A DNA stretch of 54,748 bases, counting the filler, from Sphacelaria rigidula (Eukaryota), in NCBI GenBank assembly GCA_964200075.2. It is 3 parts of 3 records of this genome, joined end to end, with 100 filler letters (N's around TTAATTAATTAA, not from the genome) between each part and the next. Parts side by side here need not be neighbours in the genome. Positions count along the whole stretch, not along the records: positions 1 to 18,193 come from CAXNAA020000898.1; 2 more parts are not named here. One strand, written 5' to 3'. Below are positions 1 to 12,378 of the stretch, one piece after another. Every line of letters begins with the position of its first letter. The stretch's first letter is position 1. Below the pieces are notes generated by a model, which saw only the letters and a list, made by a program, of their open reading frames with translations, was not told the DNA's origin and did not search any database. The translations under genes and the position numbers were made by a program.

Positions 1-88
1 CGAAAGGGATGCGTGGTCAATGGTCAAACGACTAAGGCAAGCAACAAATGAGTACGCCCCCCGCCCCCCTCTCTGCTCCCCAACTCAC

Positions 89-1630
89 CTTGCGAAGTGA
101 CTCTGCGTATCCCCTCGAGTGCAAACCCTCCGCCTCCACCGCGCGCTCCACACACGCGCTCAAGGCAGCCTCGACACTTACCGGTGTTGCACCGTCTTTC
201 AACACGGGCGAACTACCCACCATTGCGAGCGAGGCCCCCACGGGATCATCGCACCAGCAGCCGTTGTACAGGCGCATGACAAGGACATAGGCGTAGGCTA
301 CGTCCACGGCGAGGGCTGGTAGGGTGGGGGACGGTTGCGCCGCCGACAGCGTGGAGAAGTCGGGTGCGCGTTGGACGGCCGCGGATAGGGCAGATAGGGT
401 ATGTCGGTGGCAGTAATTCGCCGCCGGAGTCGCCTCGGCGATCGGGGTGTCATCGCCACTGTCCTGCGCGAAGACGTCCACCGCGTTTGTTGCCGACGCC
501 ACGCTTTTGGGGATTTGTTGATGATCACCGGTCAGACGCGCAGAGCTTTGTTCTACTGCTGGAAATGGTGAGGGTCTCACGAACTGTTGTCGTTGTTGTT
601 GCTGTTGTTTCCGCTGCTGCCGGCGTTGTCGTCGTCGTTCCTCTCCGTTTTCTTGAGCATCATCATCAAAATCCGGGGTCGGGGGGTCTGTGGAAACGGA
701 GGAGCGGCTGGTGTTGAGCACTTCTTGTATCCCGGCGGTGTGCACCCACCACGGAACCCAGGGGACGATGAGTTTGCCCAGAGCGCCGCTCGCGACCTCT
801 CTCAAGAAGCGCGCACTTTCCTCCTCCGTCAGCAGATTCAGTGGTCCATTATTGACAGTATTTCGATTGCTGCCACCGCTATTTCGCTCCGCAACACTCT
901 CACTGACACTACTATCATCATCACCAGAAACAATTCGGGCCGCCCTTTCGAGCGCAACGCGTTCTTCTTCTGCTTCCTCCACGACTTGCAGGCCGCCATT
1001 TCGCTTTGTCGAAGCACTATCGCCATCACCATTGCCATCACCATCATCACTGTCGCCGCCGCCGAACAAGCCGAATGCTCCCAATGCTTTCCCCAGCTCC
1101 TCCAGCCGATCGTCCGAAAGTCCGGCGGATATTGCCCCGCCACGGCCTCCGCGCCCGTCGTCCCGCTCATCGACCCCCGCGTCCAATGCTCCTGCGTTAA
1201 TCGTGCCTCCTTGGATCTCGGCGGGGCTACCGGCGCCATCTTCACTCAAGGCAACGCGAGAATCCTTGGCGGCGGGACTTCTAGAACGACTGCAATCGCC
1301 TCCGCTCGAGGAAAAAGAGGACAATGGCGAAGATCTCCGTGAAAGCGTGTTCATCCCGCGTCGGCGGTTCTGGGTGTCGTTGGGTGAGCGGCGTAGTCGG
1401 TGCAACACCTGGACCATCTGCTCCCGCCGCTGCTTTGCTGTACCCACACCCGGCACAACTCCGCCCGCTCCTGCTGCTGATGATAATGGCGGTGGTGATG
1501 CGCTGGATGTGCGGCTTCCGCGATGTGCTTCTTCGGGGGGATAGTGTCGGTGGTCTTCGGCGTCGCGGAGTTTCATTTCTCGTTCGACGTGTGAACGAAA
1601 GAACGCTTCTGTGCAAGCGGACCCGTGCGC
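89..1630 (-). CDS. ZNHIT2: ZNHIT2-like, exon 2 (gene continues left of window)
   Basis: Acceptor aatattcag| at 1631. Reads AHGSACTEAFFRSHVEREMKLR, which completes CYK|AH of the HIT finger in phase 0. Contains ZNHIT2-type LTEEESARFLREV..G.L...IVPWVPWW and AYVLVMRLYNG segments. Donor AAG|GTGAGT at 88. 1542 nt. Confidence 0.85.
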
Positions 1631-2767
1631 CTGAATATTTCAAGGCAAGACAAGAGGCCAGAAAAAAAATATCAGCGTACAGTTGTAGCCGCACATGAGT
1701 GATCAGAATGAATTCCGCGCGTTTATTCTTTTCTTGTCCTGATGTGGGGCTGTCTGTCCCGGTGAAACCCATGGACGTAGACACTCGAAAATGGTGAAAG
1801 ATCCGCTCTTGAGGGCTCGTGTTATCGAGTCCAAAAATGTGGGAAGGCGACGTGATGGTGACAGTGATTGTGGCGTTTGGGCATTTTTTTTCTTCTTTTG
1901 GTGATTCAGATTGGTTGTGAGTTGATGCCCGATTCTCATCTCCCCCGAAATCACTCCCACGAAAATTAGTCTTCAAAATTCATCTTGTGGGGATTGATTT
2001 TCGTCAGAGCGGATGAACATTTGCGTGAGAATGCGAAGAGGAACGTCATACAGTTGCAAGGCGTGGGCTGTTTGGCTCTTCATGGAGCGCACAGTTGCCT
2101 TCCCATCACTAGCAGTAGCCACGCTGGCTTTAATCCCATCACCGCGAGACACACTCGACGTGCACAGCTCCCACAGAAAGATGCGCACAGCTACCTCTCC
2201 CAGCACTTCGCCGAGTGAGCAAGCATGGACCCATCGGCGGGTAGTACGGACCAGCGCTTTCAGGCACATTGGCTATCACGCGCACGGTGGGTGGGCGTGT
2301 TTCGGTCTTCACAGAATTGGGGTGAGATCAAGGGGTCGTCTATAAAAAAAGTCGAAAAAATCACGTGATGGCTGTGAAGCTGTCAGTTGTGCCTGCTTTG
2401 GTGCTTCAGTAGTAATCGGGTGCTGTGGTCGGGGAAGACACGCAAGGCCGGTGCGTGCATGTTGGGGCAACCCAACTGAGCCAGCACGGAGCTGCGGTAT
2501 ACTCGGCGATTGATGGTCGCAGCTGTCTGTCTCGCAGTGGCGCAATGCGTGGGCCAACCAAAGCTATTTTGGAACTCATATGCGACTGGTTTCTCTCAGG
2601 GCGTGTCTTAGACCGTGTCTCGGCACATCATTTTTCGATCGGAGTGGTCGTGATTTCAACCATCTTCAAAATGGACGACGATGGTTGAAAGTTCAACTCA
2701 TCAGATCGAAGTTTTCTTTCTCCGCCGCACATTTTCGATCGAAAAACAATGTGTTCATGTTACTCCC

Positions 2768-3200
2768 CATGTATAAAAATATAAAAGCTGTTGACAAGTG
2801 CATTTTTGGCCCTGCTCCGTCGTTTTCCCACCGAAAAGAGGGCTAGCCGGATGTCAACACCTTGTAATGACTTGCTCTGCTCGCTGAGACCGTTCTAGAG
2901 CACCTCTGCGTTTCCCGTAGGTCATAGCTCGTTTTTTGGCCCAACTTGCATCTTCAATAACAAACGGTCAAGTTGTCAAGAAACCATTTTATTGATCACT
3001 TGACCGCTTGTTATTGAAAATGCAAGTTGGGCCAAAAACGAGTTGTGACCTACGGAAAACGCAAATCTGCTCTAGAACGGTCTCAGGGAGTAGAGCAAGT
3101 CATTCCAAGGTGTCAACATCCGCCTAGCCCTCTTTTCGGGGGAAAAACGAGGGAGAAGGGCGAAGAAGGCACTTTTCAACAAGTTTTTTGCTTGATACAT
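2768..3200. repeat. Long imperfect palindrome (fold-back), ~210-bp arms, ~12-nt loop
   Basis: For example ttggcccaacttgcatcttcaataacaaacggtcaag pairs with cttgaccgcttgttattgaaaatgcaagttgggccaa, and gagaccgttctagagca pairs with tgctctagaacggtctc. Confidence 0.92.
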
Positions 3201-3684
3201 TAGAAGTAGCCTGAGAAACGCCCTTGGGCTACTTCTTATGTATTAAAAAAAAACACGTCATCAGAAAAGCTGTTCTTCAACAGCACGTTTTTCAGCAGAA
3301 TTTTTCAAAGTAGCCCTTCTTGCGTGATCGACGCAGTATCAACATTGAAAACGCAGTGTTCATCGCTTTCTATGAGGTACGCAGGCATGATTTCAAATTC
3401 TGGGGCGCGCGAGAGAGACGCAGCACTCAGCTGTTCGGTCGTGGTGTACGGTCCGTACTGACTGTACTACTGTGATACATTGCCTGAGCAATACATGACG
3501 GGCTGCGTGACGCAAGATGACAACAAGAACACCGCCTTGCTGTACCAACTGTCTGTAGAGAGTGACGGTTGCGCTTTTTCACTGCACGGTAGTACTTAAC
3601 TGGGAGGACAGCACGGACAACAGTACACACAACAGTGCTGTATTGCATGCATTGGTTGTAGTACTACAACAGTAACAATATTCA

Positions 3685-4010
3685 TAGTCTTGTGTGTACT
3701 GTCAGTACGGTCCTGTATCTACAAGGCTTGGGTGCGTAGGCAGTGTGTACTGCAAGGCGACGTCTGTTGGCAACACGCTGTGCACAGAACTGACCTGAGC
3801 TGCAAGTTCGCTGCGCTGTTGTAGTACCCGGTTGTGCGGGCAGCACGGACGACAATACAGACACTACTGTTGTGTTGTATACGTTGGATGTACTACAGTA
3901 GTAGCACTACCTATCTTGCAGTCTTGTGTGTACTGTCAGTCCGGTCCTGTCTCTACAAGGCTTGGGTGCGTGCTGTTCGCAACATGCTGCGTGCACAGAC
4001 CTGAGCCGAG
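3685..4010 (+). repeat. Local direct duplication
   Basis: agtcttgtgtgtactgtcagt.cggtcctgt.tctacaaggcttgggtgcgt occurs at ~3686 and ~3920. Confidence 0.85.
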
Positions 4011-6119
4011 CCACAATATTGTACGAACAACGTACAGCACAGACTGTCTTGTCTGTACAGCAGTCGTCATCGACCCTGCCCTCTGCTGTCCTCATGGGGT
4101 AAAGGACCACCACGCTACTGGCGAGCGAAGAACAATGATGCAACACGCTGAATGCCCGCGAGCACCAGTGACAGCATTAGTAGTGATGGCAGTCAAGCCA
4201 TTACAGGTGCTGTCGTAGGCTGTAAGGTGTGTTCAAACGTGTTCAAACGAGGTTCGAACGCTTTTTCGATAACATTTTTTTATAGCCCGAGGTTATCGGA
4301 AAATCCTGGTTTTCTGATAACTTTGGGCTATCGGAAATGTGATCAGAAAAAAATCCATCAGAATAAGCGGCTTTTTGGTCATGTATCAGAAAACGCAACA
4401 CAAACGCGTTTTCTGATGGAGTTTTTTTTATTCATAAGAGGTAGCCTTAGGAGCAATTGACGTGAACGAAATTCGCTCATTTTGCTGAAGTTGGATCCAA
4501 GCGCATTTTAAAGCTTTTGATAAAAAAAAATGTGAAATTCGTGAAACGATACGGACATGGTCGCTTGTGTACAGTGCAGACAGTCTGTGCTGTCTGGTAC
4601 TGTTTGCATGCAGTGCCTCTTGAGTGCATGTGTGCGAGTTTCGTACAGTAGGATGTAAAAGAGAAGCAGACAGCGTGTAGTACAAACAGCGTAGGACTAC
4701 CTGTTCTCTCTGCTTTCAATGCGACGTGAAAAAAAATTGGACAACGCCCAGCTTTGTACTGCCTGCACTGTCCACGGGCGTGTACGCAAGTCGGTTGGTT
4801 GCCCACCCTTCCACGCACTTCCGTCGTTGATTCCGACCACGACAGAAGAAGCTGAACTTTTCGCCAACAAAAAGTGAACGAAGCGTACCCAACTACCGCA
4901 GTGTATCTATCCCTGTGCTCGACTCGTGCTCCATGCCGCAGGGTTACGGTGGCAGCCAAGAATGGGTTGTATGCATTTTGCACGGTTCTTTGCACGTATG
5001 GTATCTGGCGTGGTCTGTAAGATAGTAGTCAAGTGCCCCTTCGTGCTTTTCGACCGCATGTTTTCGATCAAAAAAGCTTAGCTTTGTGGTTTCTCACTCC
5101 GTACTTCTTATCCGCGCGCCACTAATTATAAAAAATAGTTGAAGCCAGCTTGAAACAGAAATGAGGTGAAATTATCAGATCGAAAAAATTATTCTCCATC
5201 GCACTTTTGCGATAGGAACAAAGTATTGCTGAGACACGCTCTCATCTGATCGGTGAAAGGTCGCCGCATTTTCGTATATCGAAAGGCTCTGATTGGCGGG
5301 AAAATACTGCAACTGATATTTCTGACTCGTATTTGTGCGCCCTATGCCGAAAACTGCTGTGCAACTTGTTCCAAACACGAAAAAAATGAAGGTGTGAGGG
5401 CGTTTCTTACAGACTGAAAGAAGTCACGGAGAAAAGTCGCTTTGGTCAGTGTCCCGAGACCTTTTTTCAGAACGCAACCTTAAAGGGCCATTTTTCATGG
5501 AAAAGTCTCCCGTAACTGACAGCCGTTTCCAGACAGCGAGATGTTTCCAAACCTCTTTGAGAAAATCCGTCAGTTCACGGAGACTTCTCTCCGTCTGGAA
5601 AGTGACGATCCATCACACACTCTTCGCACACCGCACCCGCAATGGTACAGTCAGTGCAAAAGTAGCCAGGCATGTTGTGTGTACAGTACCGCAGGAACAG
5701 CATAGCTACTGCAGCACTCCGTGCATCCTTTTTATGACCGTAGGACCAGGGACAGTACAGTACAGTGTTTTTTTGCCGGCAGCGTCACCACTACAAAGTA
5801 GCACGTGTCGCTCCTGCTGGCTGTATAGACTGCTCGTATCGTTCCATGCTCGTCGTGCCCGCCACCGATTGTGAACTCTGTAGTATTCTGGGTACTGAAA
5901 CGGTTGCTACCGCACTACTGTCACGTGAGTTTGTCGCGTGCGGTATGGCACAAACCGTACTGCTGCACACTGCACCGCTTGCGACACCACAATACTACTG
6001 TACCAAGCGGCGGTCGGCTGAAGTAAGGGTTGATACGCCTGCCATTTCGATCTCTATTATGCCGGTAGCTACCGTGTGTATGTTGCCACAAGCACAAAAT
6101 GAAAATGATGACCAAAACC

Positions 6120-8540
6120 GAGGGGCCCCGTATTGGAAAATGACGGCACCACCCCTTCCCTCAGGTCGCCAAAAGCTCATTATGGGGCGGTAGGAGGGGT
6201 GGGTACCCTATTTGAGGGGGAGGGGTACCCCCTGATCGATGGATGATGGCGATAGTGGTTGCTGTACTGCACGGTACGTGCATATCGGCAGCATTTGCCT
6301 GCGTAGGGTATACCGAAACGGTAGGTAGTGAAGATATGTCGAGGCAAGGAGTAGAACATGTATATCGAGGCAAGGAGTGGCGAACAAGCGAGGCGGCCAA
6401 CGGATGATCTTCCCCGTACAACATTATCAGCAGATACTTTTTCTGTCCCATAAGTAAAGTCCATTATGGGGGATAGACCGTACCTCGCCAACGGAGGTGC
6501 TCACGACGTTATGGTGAGCTTCGTTGAAAGTATATAGTTGTGGAGATGGCCACCGGAATAACCAAAAACAGAATAATCGACCTACAACCTTGGAATCGTT
6601 GGGTCAAACATGGCCAAATTTCGACGAATTTGGCTTGTTTTTGATTAACTGAAGGCTGTAATGTAAACCAGTGGTTTTGGACTAGGCGTAGCTATGGTAT
6701 GCCAGCGACGAACCGGAGAAAAACAGCCATTAATGCTGTAATTTCGCGTTTTTTGCCATTTTCAGGGTTTTCAGGGTTCTTTAACGTGAAAAGGGATGAA
6801 ATATGGCCATTTTGGGGCCGACTGATCCTTTATCGGCCGTTCGCGCGCGCTGGCTGCTGCGCAAACAGCAAAGGAAAAACAAGACGTGAATCAACTCAAT
6901 AACCCTGAAGATTTCAAAAAAATATCGCCCACGGCACTGGGGGGGTCCGTGTGATCATAACGGAATTTACTTATGGGACAAAAAGTATGGCTTTGCAATT
7001 TGTTGGAAATGAACCGGCTCAACACACAGAATGTGCAAACAGTACAGGCCAGTGCTGGATGTACTGTTGTCTGTACTGCCTGTATATTGAATGAACAGTA
7101 CAACTAAACACGTACCGCTTTACGTAGATTTCATGTGGGAATTGCCACTATCTCAGTGTTGGATACTCCTTTTGGTCACACCATGCCCACAACATTTCCC
7201 CTCGCAACCTCTCCCTGTCTTGTGCCGCAGTTCAGTATGAAGGTGATGTGTAGATATACGCGTTGTATGAACACGGCTGTCTGCCCGAAAGCGGGCAAAT
7301 AACGTGATCATGTGCAACTCACACTTTTCATGCCGGCTGGTGACACCGCGTAGTCAAGCTACAGCATGTACATGTACATTTCAGTCTTTCAGTAGCAGCA
7401 CAGAACTACTCGTCGTACACCGCCCTCCCCAGCATAGCGGCCGTAGCATTGCAAGTGTGCGATGTCGTCAACCCTTAGACGACGAGCGTTGTCTCGGAAC
7501 AGCTGTACAAGCTGATAGTCCCGAGACATCCGGGGGTTGCCAGAGCTCGGGGGGGAGGGGGTTGGTTTTTAAGGAGGGGAGTGTCTCTCCGCGAAGCATC
7601 GGAGAAGCTCACGGGGTCAACCATGTATGTCTGGAAGTTTCCCGCGGAAAATTATGAGCCGTGCACGAGGCCCGAGAGGCGCGGGATGACCATTCTGACC
7701 AATCACGGTCATCAAAATGAACCCTCTTGTTCCGGTAAAGGTAGGCAGCTGGTAGACACCTTCGGCGTCTACCCTCAAATCTCATTTTGAGGATGCCAAA
7801 TAAACCATAGATTATATAACCAAAAAGCAGGTGTTCGAGCATCTTCGGTACAGTTGTGTCCGTCTGTTCAGTACTGCCTGAGCGTCCCACTAGCGCCACA
7901 CCTTCATCTGGTATAAAACGTCAGGGTGCAACACGCACGTAGATGTAGACAATGCTTTGATGGTGAGGCGACCGCCATCGCCGAGCAATTGCTGTACGTA
8001 TGCAGGCACTTCCCGCATCGCGCAAGAGAGTTCGCAAACGAAGCTGCAGTGGCCATCGGGGAGAGGCATTGCCCTCAAGACGAACCACCCCAGGCACTTG
8101 ACGCTGGCACCCCTGGTCCGTTCCCCCGTAGAGGAGGCGTTTTAGGTTGTGACAAAGGAATAATTTTGAACCCAAAAAGTGGAGTGTCTACCTCACTCTA
8201 TCAGCGGGGGGGGGGGGTCGCTGTCTGAGGGATAACCACCGGTCATGCCCCAAAGCCAGCGCGACTCAATACTCCTTTTCCAGTAATCACCACGACCCAA
8301 ACGTCATTCCAGCCGGCAAATTTGCTCCTCGATGGTACCAAGAACAACTGACATACCAAAACTCCTCGGTTTGGGGCTGCTCACGTCCAGGCGAACTCTG
8401 GGTGATCGAAATGATAATTCAATACCGTGTACTGATGAAACAGAAATAATGAGGTTTTGCCAATTTGCATTGGTCATTTCCTCATCTTCGACCGCTTGGG
8501 GGAGGGGTGGTGCCGTAATTTCCCGCTACGGGACCCCTCC
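6120..8540. mobile_element. Putative TIR DNA element remnant
   Basis: gaggggccccgtattggaaaatgacggcaccacccct (6120) is the inverted complement of aggggtggtgccgtaatttcccgctacgggacccctc (ends 8539). No intact transposase. Confidence 0.5.
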
Positions 8541-10224
8541 ACACTACCACCGTCTGCACGCAGGCTAGGTGATAGGCTCGGGTGTAAAACCCCCCAGGAT
8601 TTTTTCATGGACTATAAAAATATAAAAATATGAGGTTTTGAAAATTAAGGCGTTTTCTGAATTGCAATCTGGGTCTCTTTTGTTTTCTTTTTTGCCAGCC
8701 TGTGACCACGGGAAGGCGTCCGCATCAGATGCCCAGTACGAACGTACCGCGCAGATATCGGAACAGCAACAACAAGGTATCTGAAAAACGTCTCTGAGAA
8801 AAGTCGTCCGCCCGAACGTTTGTTAGTGACTTTTTTCAGTCTCTAAAAGAAGCAGTCTGAACGGTCAGCTTGGGAAATGGAAAAGAGCGACTTCTTCCCA
8901 TCGTCTGAGAGCGACCTTGAACTGTAGCAATGTAGCGTGTCTGAGAGATGGCAAACGCCGCAACACCGTTCACCAGGGAGTCGGTCGCCTGCCGGCATGT
9001 GCGCAGCTGAAAACCGGGATATTTTGATTTCAGCCCGTTCTGGAGGGTTGTTGACTTTCAAATCATCTCCTGCAAGGCGGAACTATCGCCAATATTCACC
9101 GGTGGATTTCCCCCCTAGTGAGTGAAACTTTCCCACACCAAGATCATTGCTCGAGTACGTTAAACTGCTGGGGATGCGAATCGCGCATGAAACATATAGG
9201 AAATTATGCCCAAAAAGTGTCCTGGCTCTTTCAGATGGAAAAATACCTGGCCAGTCAGAAACGAAGGACTCGTCCGGTCGGTCGGAATATAACCGCAGAC
9301 TTGCACAAGGCCTTCTTCAGAAGGACTTCGGTGCACCTTTCCCCCGTTGCCTCTTTCGGTCCAAACACCTTTGATCCATCGACTCTTTGGGGCCAAAAAC
9401 ACGGAGTTTCAACACCCCCCGAGAAGAGTAAATGGAGGGAAAGCCGCAAGGCATATTTTCTGCGCATACGGTACAGACAAGTGCCCCGATGCCCGGAAAC
9501 CACACCCTGCCGAGAGCAGCCCGCAATCAGCGCCCGTGGAGATCATGTTTTTGCTACGATAGATGACGTGAAGGACCAAAGAAAAGTCGAGGAAGTGATG
9601 CCGGTTCGTGAAGGACATATCTTCGACGCTGAGTGGTTTCGTTTGTTGTGGCTTCTGCATGTACTGCGTGAAAACATACCACGACCTATTGACGTTTGGA
9701 TTGTCGTAGTCCTATGCCTCTACGGATATCGCGTGTAGAGGGGAAGGCTGCCGTCTTTTTCGCTACTTGAAGGCGTCGAAGACAGAGATGCGCGGCCTGC
9801 TGTGATGTTACGGTATCTTTTTTATGACGAAACGTAGGCGCATCCTTTGAACACGTGGTGTGCGCAAAAAACAACGGATTCCTGCAAAACCCTGGGGGCA
9901 ATTTAGCGCCCACCAGTCCGAGAAGTTGCTGTTCATGGCCATGTTGCAGTTGTGGTGGCATGCGATTTTCTGGAAGTACAAGAAGTGCATATTTTTTCAT
10001 AATTTCCAGACTAAAGTGATATCCTCCTCTGCGTCGATGTTTGAATGACGACTGCCGCTGCTATTAATGCGTGCACACCCTGAGGCATAGGTGCGAGCAC
10101 TTCTGTGGTAGCTGCGTGCTCTGTGTGTGAAAACACGTATCAAATGGAAAAAACGCGAGCAGCCGAACCGCATCTGCGGCCGGACGATGCGTGCACAGTG
10201 TTATTTCTTGTCGATAATATGAAG

Positions 10225-11240
10225 GCGGTGTGTGCCGCAGAATATGTACCTCCCAGTAGATACTGTCATATTCCGAGGTTTCAATTGTCCGAGCCCAAGA
10301 CTGGACATCGTCACGGGAAGAGGGGTGGGTACTTCCAGCATCAAGAGCTCGCCTCACGGGCGGATCGCGTATGTGGAGGAAGCTGCATCACTTACGAGAT
10401 ATGTAACAGCAGAGATTGCAAGCGATTTCTACTGAAAAATCGGGCCGTCCTGATAGTACACGACGAAGTTCGTGGAGGGTTATGTACATGCGGGCCCCAC
10501 CCTGTGCGCACTGGTCTGAACGCATATGATACAGTACAGTACAGCACATCCAAGAACAGATTTCAGTACTGTGCGCAGTACACTTTCTTCAAAGCTGAAC
10601 AGAAATATCTTCTCCATCGATGTACATTTTCACATATAAAGTTGGGCAGTGAGACCGTGGCTTGTCGACAAAATATGGCCGAAGTGGAAGTGACGCAGTC
10701 ACCGAAATATTCACGTGCGAAGCCAATGCGGAGATAATCTAAGTTGATATGGCTACAAGAATACCAGTGCAACGTCCACTCTGCCTGCCAGCCTGTTTGC
10801 ACGGCTGTCCTGGTAGTGGTGGGGCTGTGTGTACGGGGATGTCGGCTTCAGTACTAGGTGCGCCGGCAAGGGCCCGTCGCGTTATCCACTGGTCGCGCGA
10901 CAGAAAGTTAACCTTCTTCGACTGTCGACCGTTTTGGAGCGGAAACGTTCGCCTCCCAACCCTCATATATACAACGGACCATAAACGATGCTTGTTTGCT
11001 GGGTTTCTTCGAGCGTTAATCCAAAACTGGGCGAAGATTGATGGTGAGGTCGGCAGGATCCATGCACTATAATCGTCATCAGATAGCAGGGTGTTCAAAA
11101 CACAAAAATCGGCGAGCGGTGATTATCCACCGTATCGATGCAGACGGGGTCATGAGCGACTTTCCCTGCCGCAGCTGTGACTGTGACACCTTCCTCTAAT
11201 ACCAATGTACATGTTCTCCAAGTTTCGGCGTCATCTGAAT
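10225..11240 (-). repeat. Dispersed repeat copy A, inverted homolog of ~24005-25310
   Basis: Colinear similarity is visible in translation, e.g. RGVGTSSIKSSPHGRIAYVEEA and DCRPFWSGNV.LPTL.Y..DH.RCLFAGFLRALI in both copies. Confidence 0.85.
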
Positions 11241-11704
11241 GAGGAGCGGATTCTCTTCACGTCTAAGTTCCCAGAACACCGCCTCCATTTATCGAAAAGG
11301 AATAACACTGGTGCAGTTTGCCTTGCCGCAAGTCACACGATACTGCCATGTGACCAGTCCACGAGTGCTGCTGTGGCATATGCGTTATTGTTACGGCGGA
11401 AACAATACCCGGCACGGTTCCCAACGTCATCGCTGGCCCCTTCTGAAATAACGTTTGAACCACGACACTGCGGCTGTTTTCGCTGTGCGCAGACGCGGAG
11501 TTTGGAGATATGCGAATTGCTGTAGTAGCTGGATGCTCTCTTTGTGCATCCACCTGTTTGTATCGCATGAACACTCCGCGATTTTACGAGATGGGTTTTG
11601 TCGCCGGGTGATGCGCCACATTGCCCTCCCGCATGTGCAAATATTTTGTGGCGGAACCTGTCAACAGGAATCATGGGATATGCCAGGATATGCATACAAA
11701 TTAC

Positions 11705-12156
11705 CCCTTAGACCGCGAGGGTGGTCTACCTGGATCATGCATACTTTTTTCAATTGAAATTGATGCCGATTCAGCAGATTATCTACTCTCGCTGTCCAAG
11801 GGTTAAATATGCGTTCCAACATGTCAACTTGTTGCTACACACTAATGTTGATACACCTGTATCACGAGGCTGCAAAATTTTGGCCTTGTATTGAGATGCA
11901 GAGAACAAACATGCGCAGACTTCTGCGACAACAGTACGAGCTGGGCCAGCTTGACCCTTAGATCGCGAGATTAGTCTTTCTGGATCATGCACACTTTTTT
12001 TTTTACGTGAAATAGATGCCGGTTCAACAGGTGACCTACTTTCGCTGTCTAAGGGTTACCCTTAGACCGCGAGGTTAGTCTTTCTGGACCATGCATACTT
12101 TCTTCAAGTGAAATTGATGCCGATTCCACAGATGACCTACTCTCGCTGTCCAAGGG
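11705..12156. mobile_element. Three ~98-bp piggyBac-like MITEs (11705-11802, 11955-12055, 12059-12156)
   Basis: TIR CCCTTAGACCGCGAG...CTCGCTGTCCAAGGG followed by TTAA. Partial relatives at 15024-15118 and ~27272-27340. Confidence 0.8.
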
Positions 12157-12194
12157 TTAAAGGCGGCTGAAACTTGCTCACGCCACAGCTTCCC

Positions 12195-12378
12195 CATTTT
12201 CCCGAATGAACCCGATGCGTAAGCATATCACTGTGAAGTGTAGACCAACCTGGTGACACACGGCACCGCCGCTGAATGAAGAAAAAAAGAAGGAAAAAAT
12301 GTACTGCATGATGTATGACCTCAACGACGGACGAGAAAAAAAAGAGAATCTGTCGGGATTCGAACTCATGACCTCCAT
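12195..12378 (-). mobile_element. tRNA-derived SINE-like repeat, family 2 (5'-truncated)
   Basis: Homologous to 27800-28019. B-box GAGTTCGAATCC on the minus strand. Confidence 0.6.

Larger units (their letters stand above)
2599..5241. mobile_element. Putative non-autonomous PIF/Harbinger-like element
   Basis: Left end TCA|GGGCGTGTCT (with an adjacent TTA|GACCGTGTCTCGGCA) and right end TGCTGAGACACGCTC|TCA. Interior 4770-5180 is homologous to the interior of the 19181-19973 element. Confidence 0.5.

Noticed and set aside
32..1576. 514-aa ORF as a complete gene, plus antisense ORFs 587-1342 and 690-1544
   Set aside because: It is an internal exon (1630-89). The plus-strand ORFs are shadows of GC-rich coding DNA.
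9050..10030. Gene in ORF 9118-9738 or its antisense frames
   Set aside because: No recognisable domain, broken frames, and it lies inside the ZNHIT2 intron among repeats.
11705..12160. CRISPR-like repeat array
   Set aside because: The units are ~98 bp with TIRs and TTAA flanks, irregularly spaced, in a eukaryotic intron, with no cas genes.
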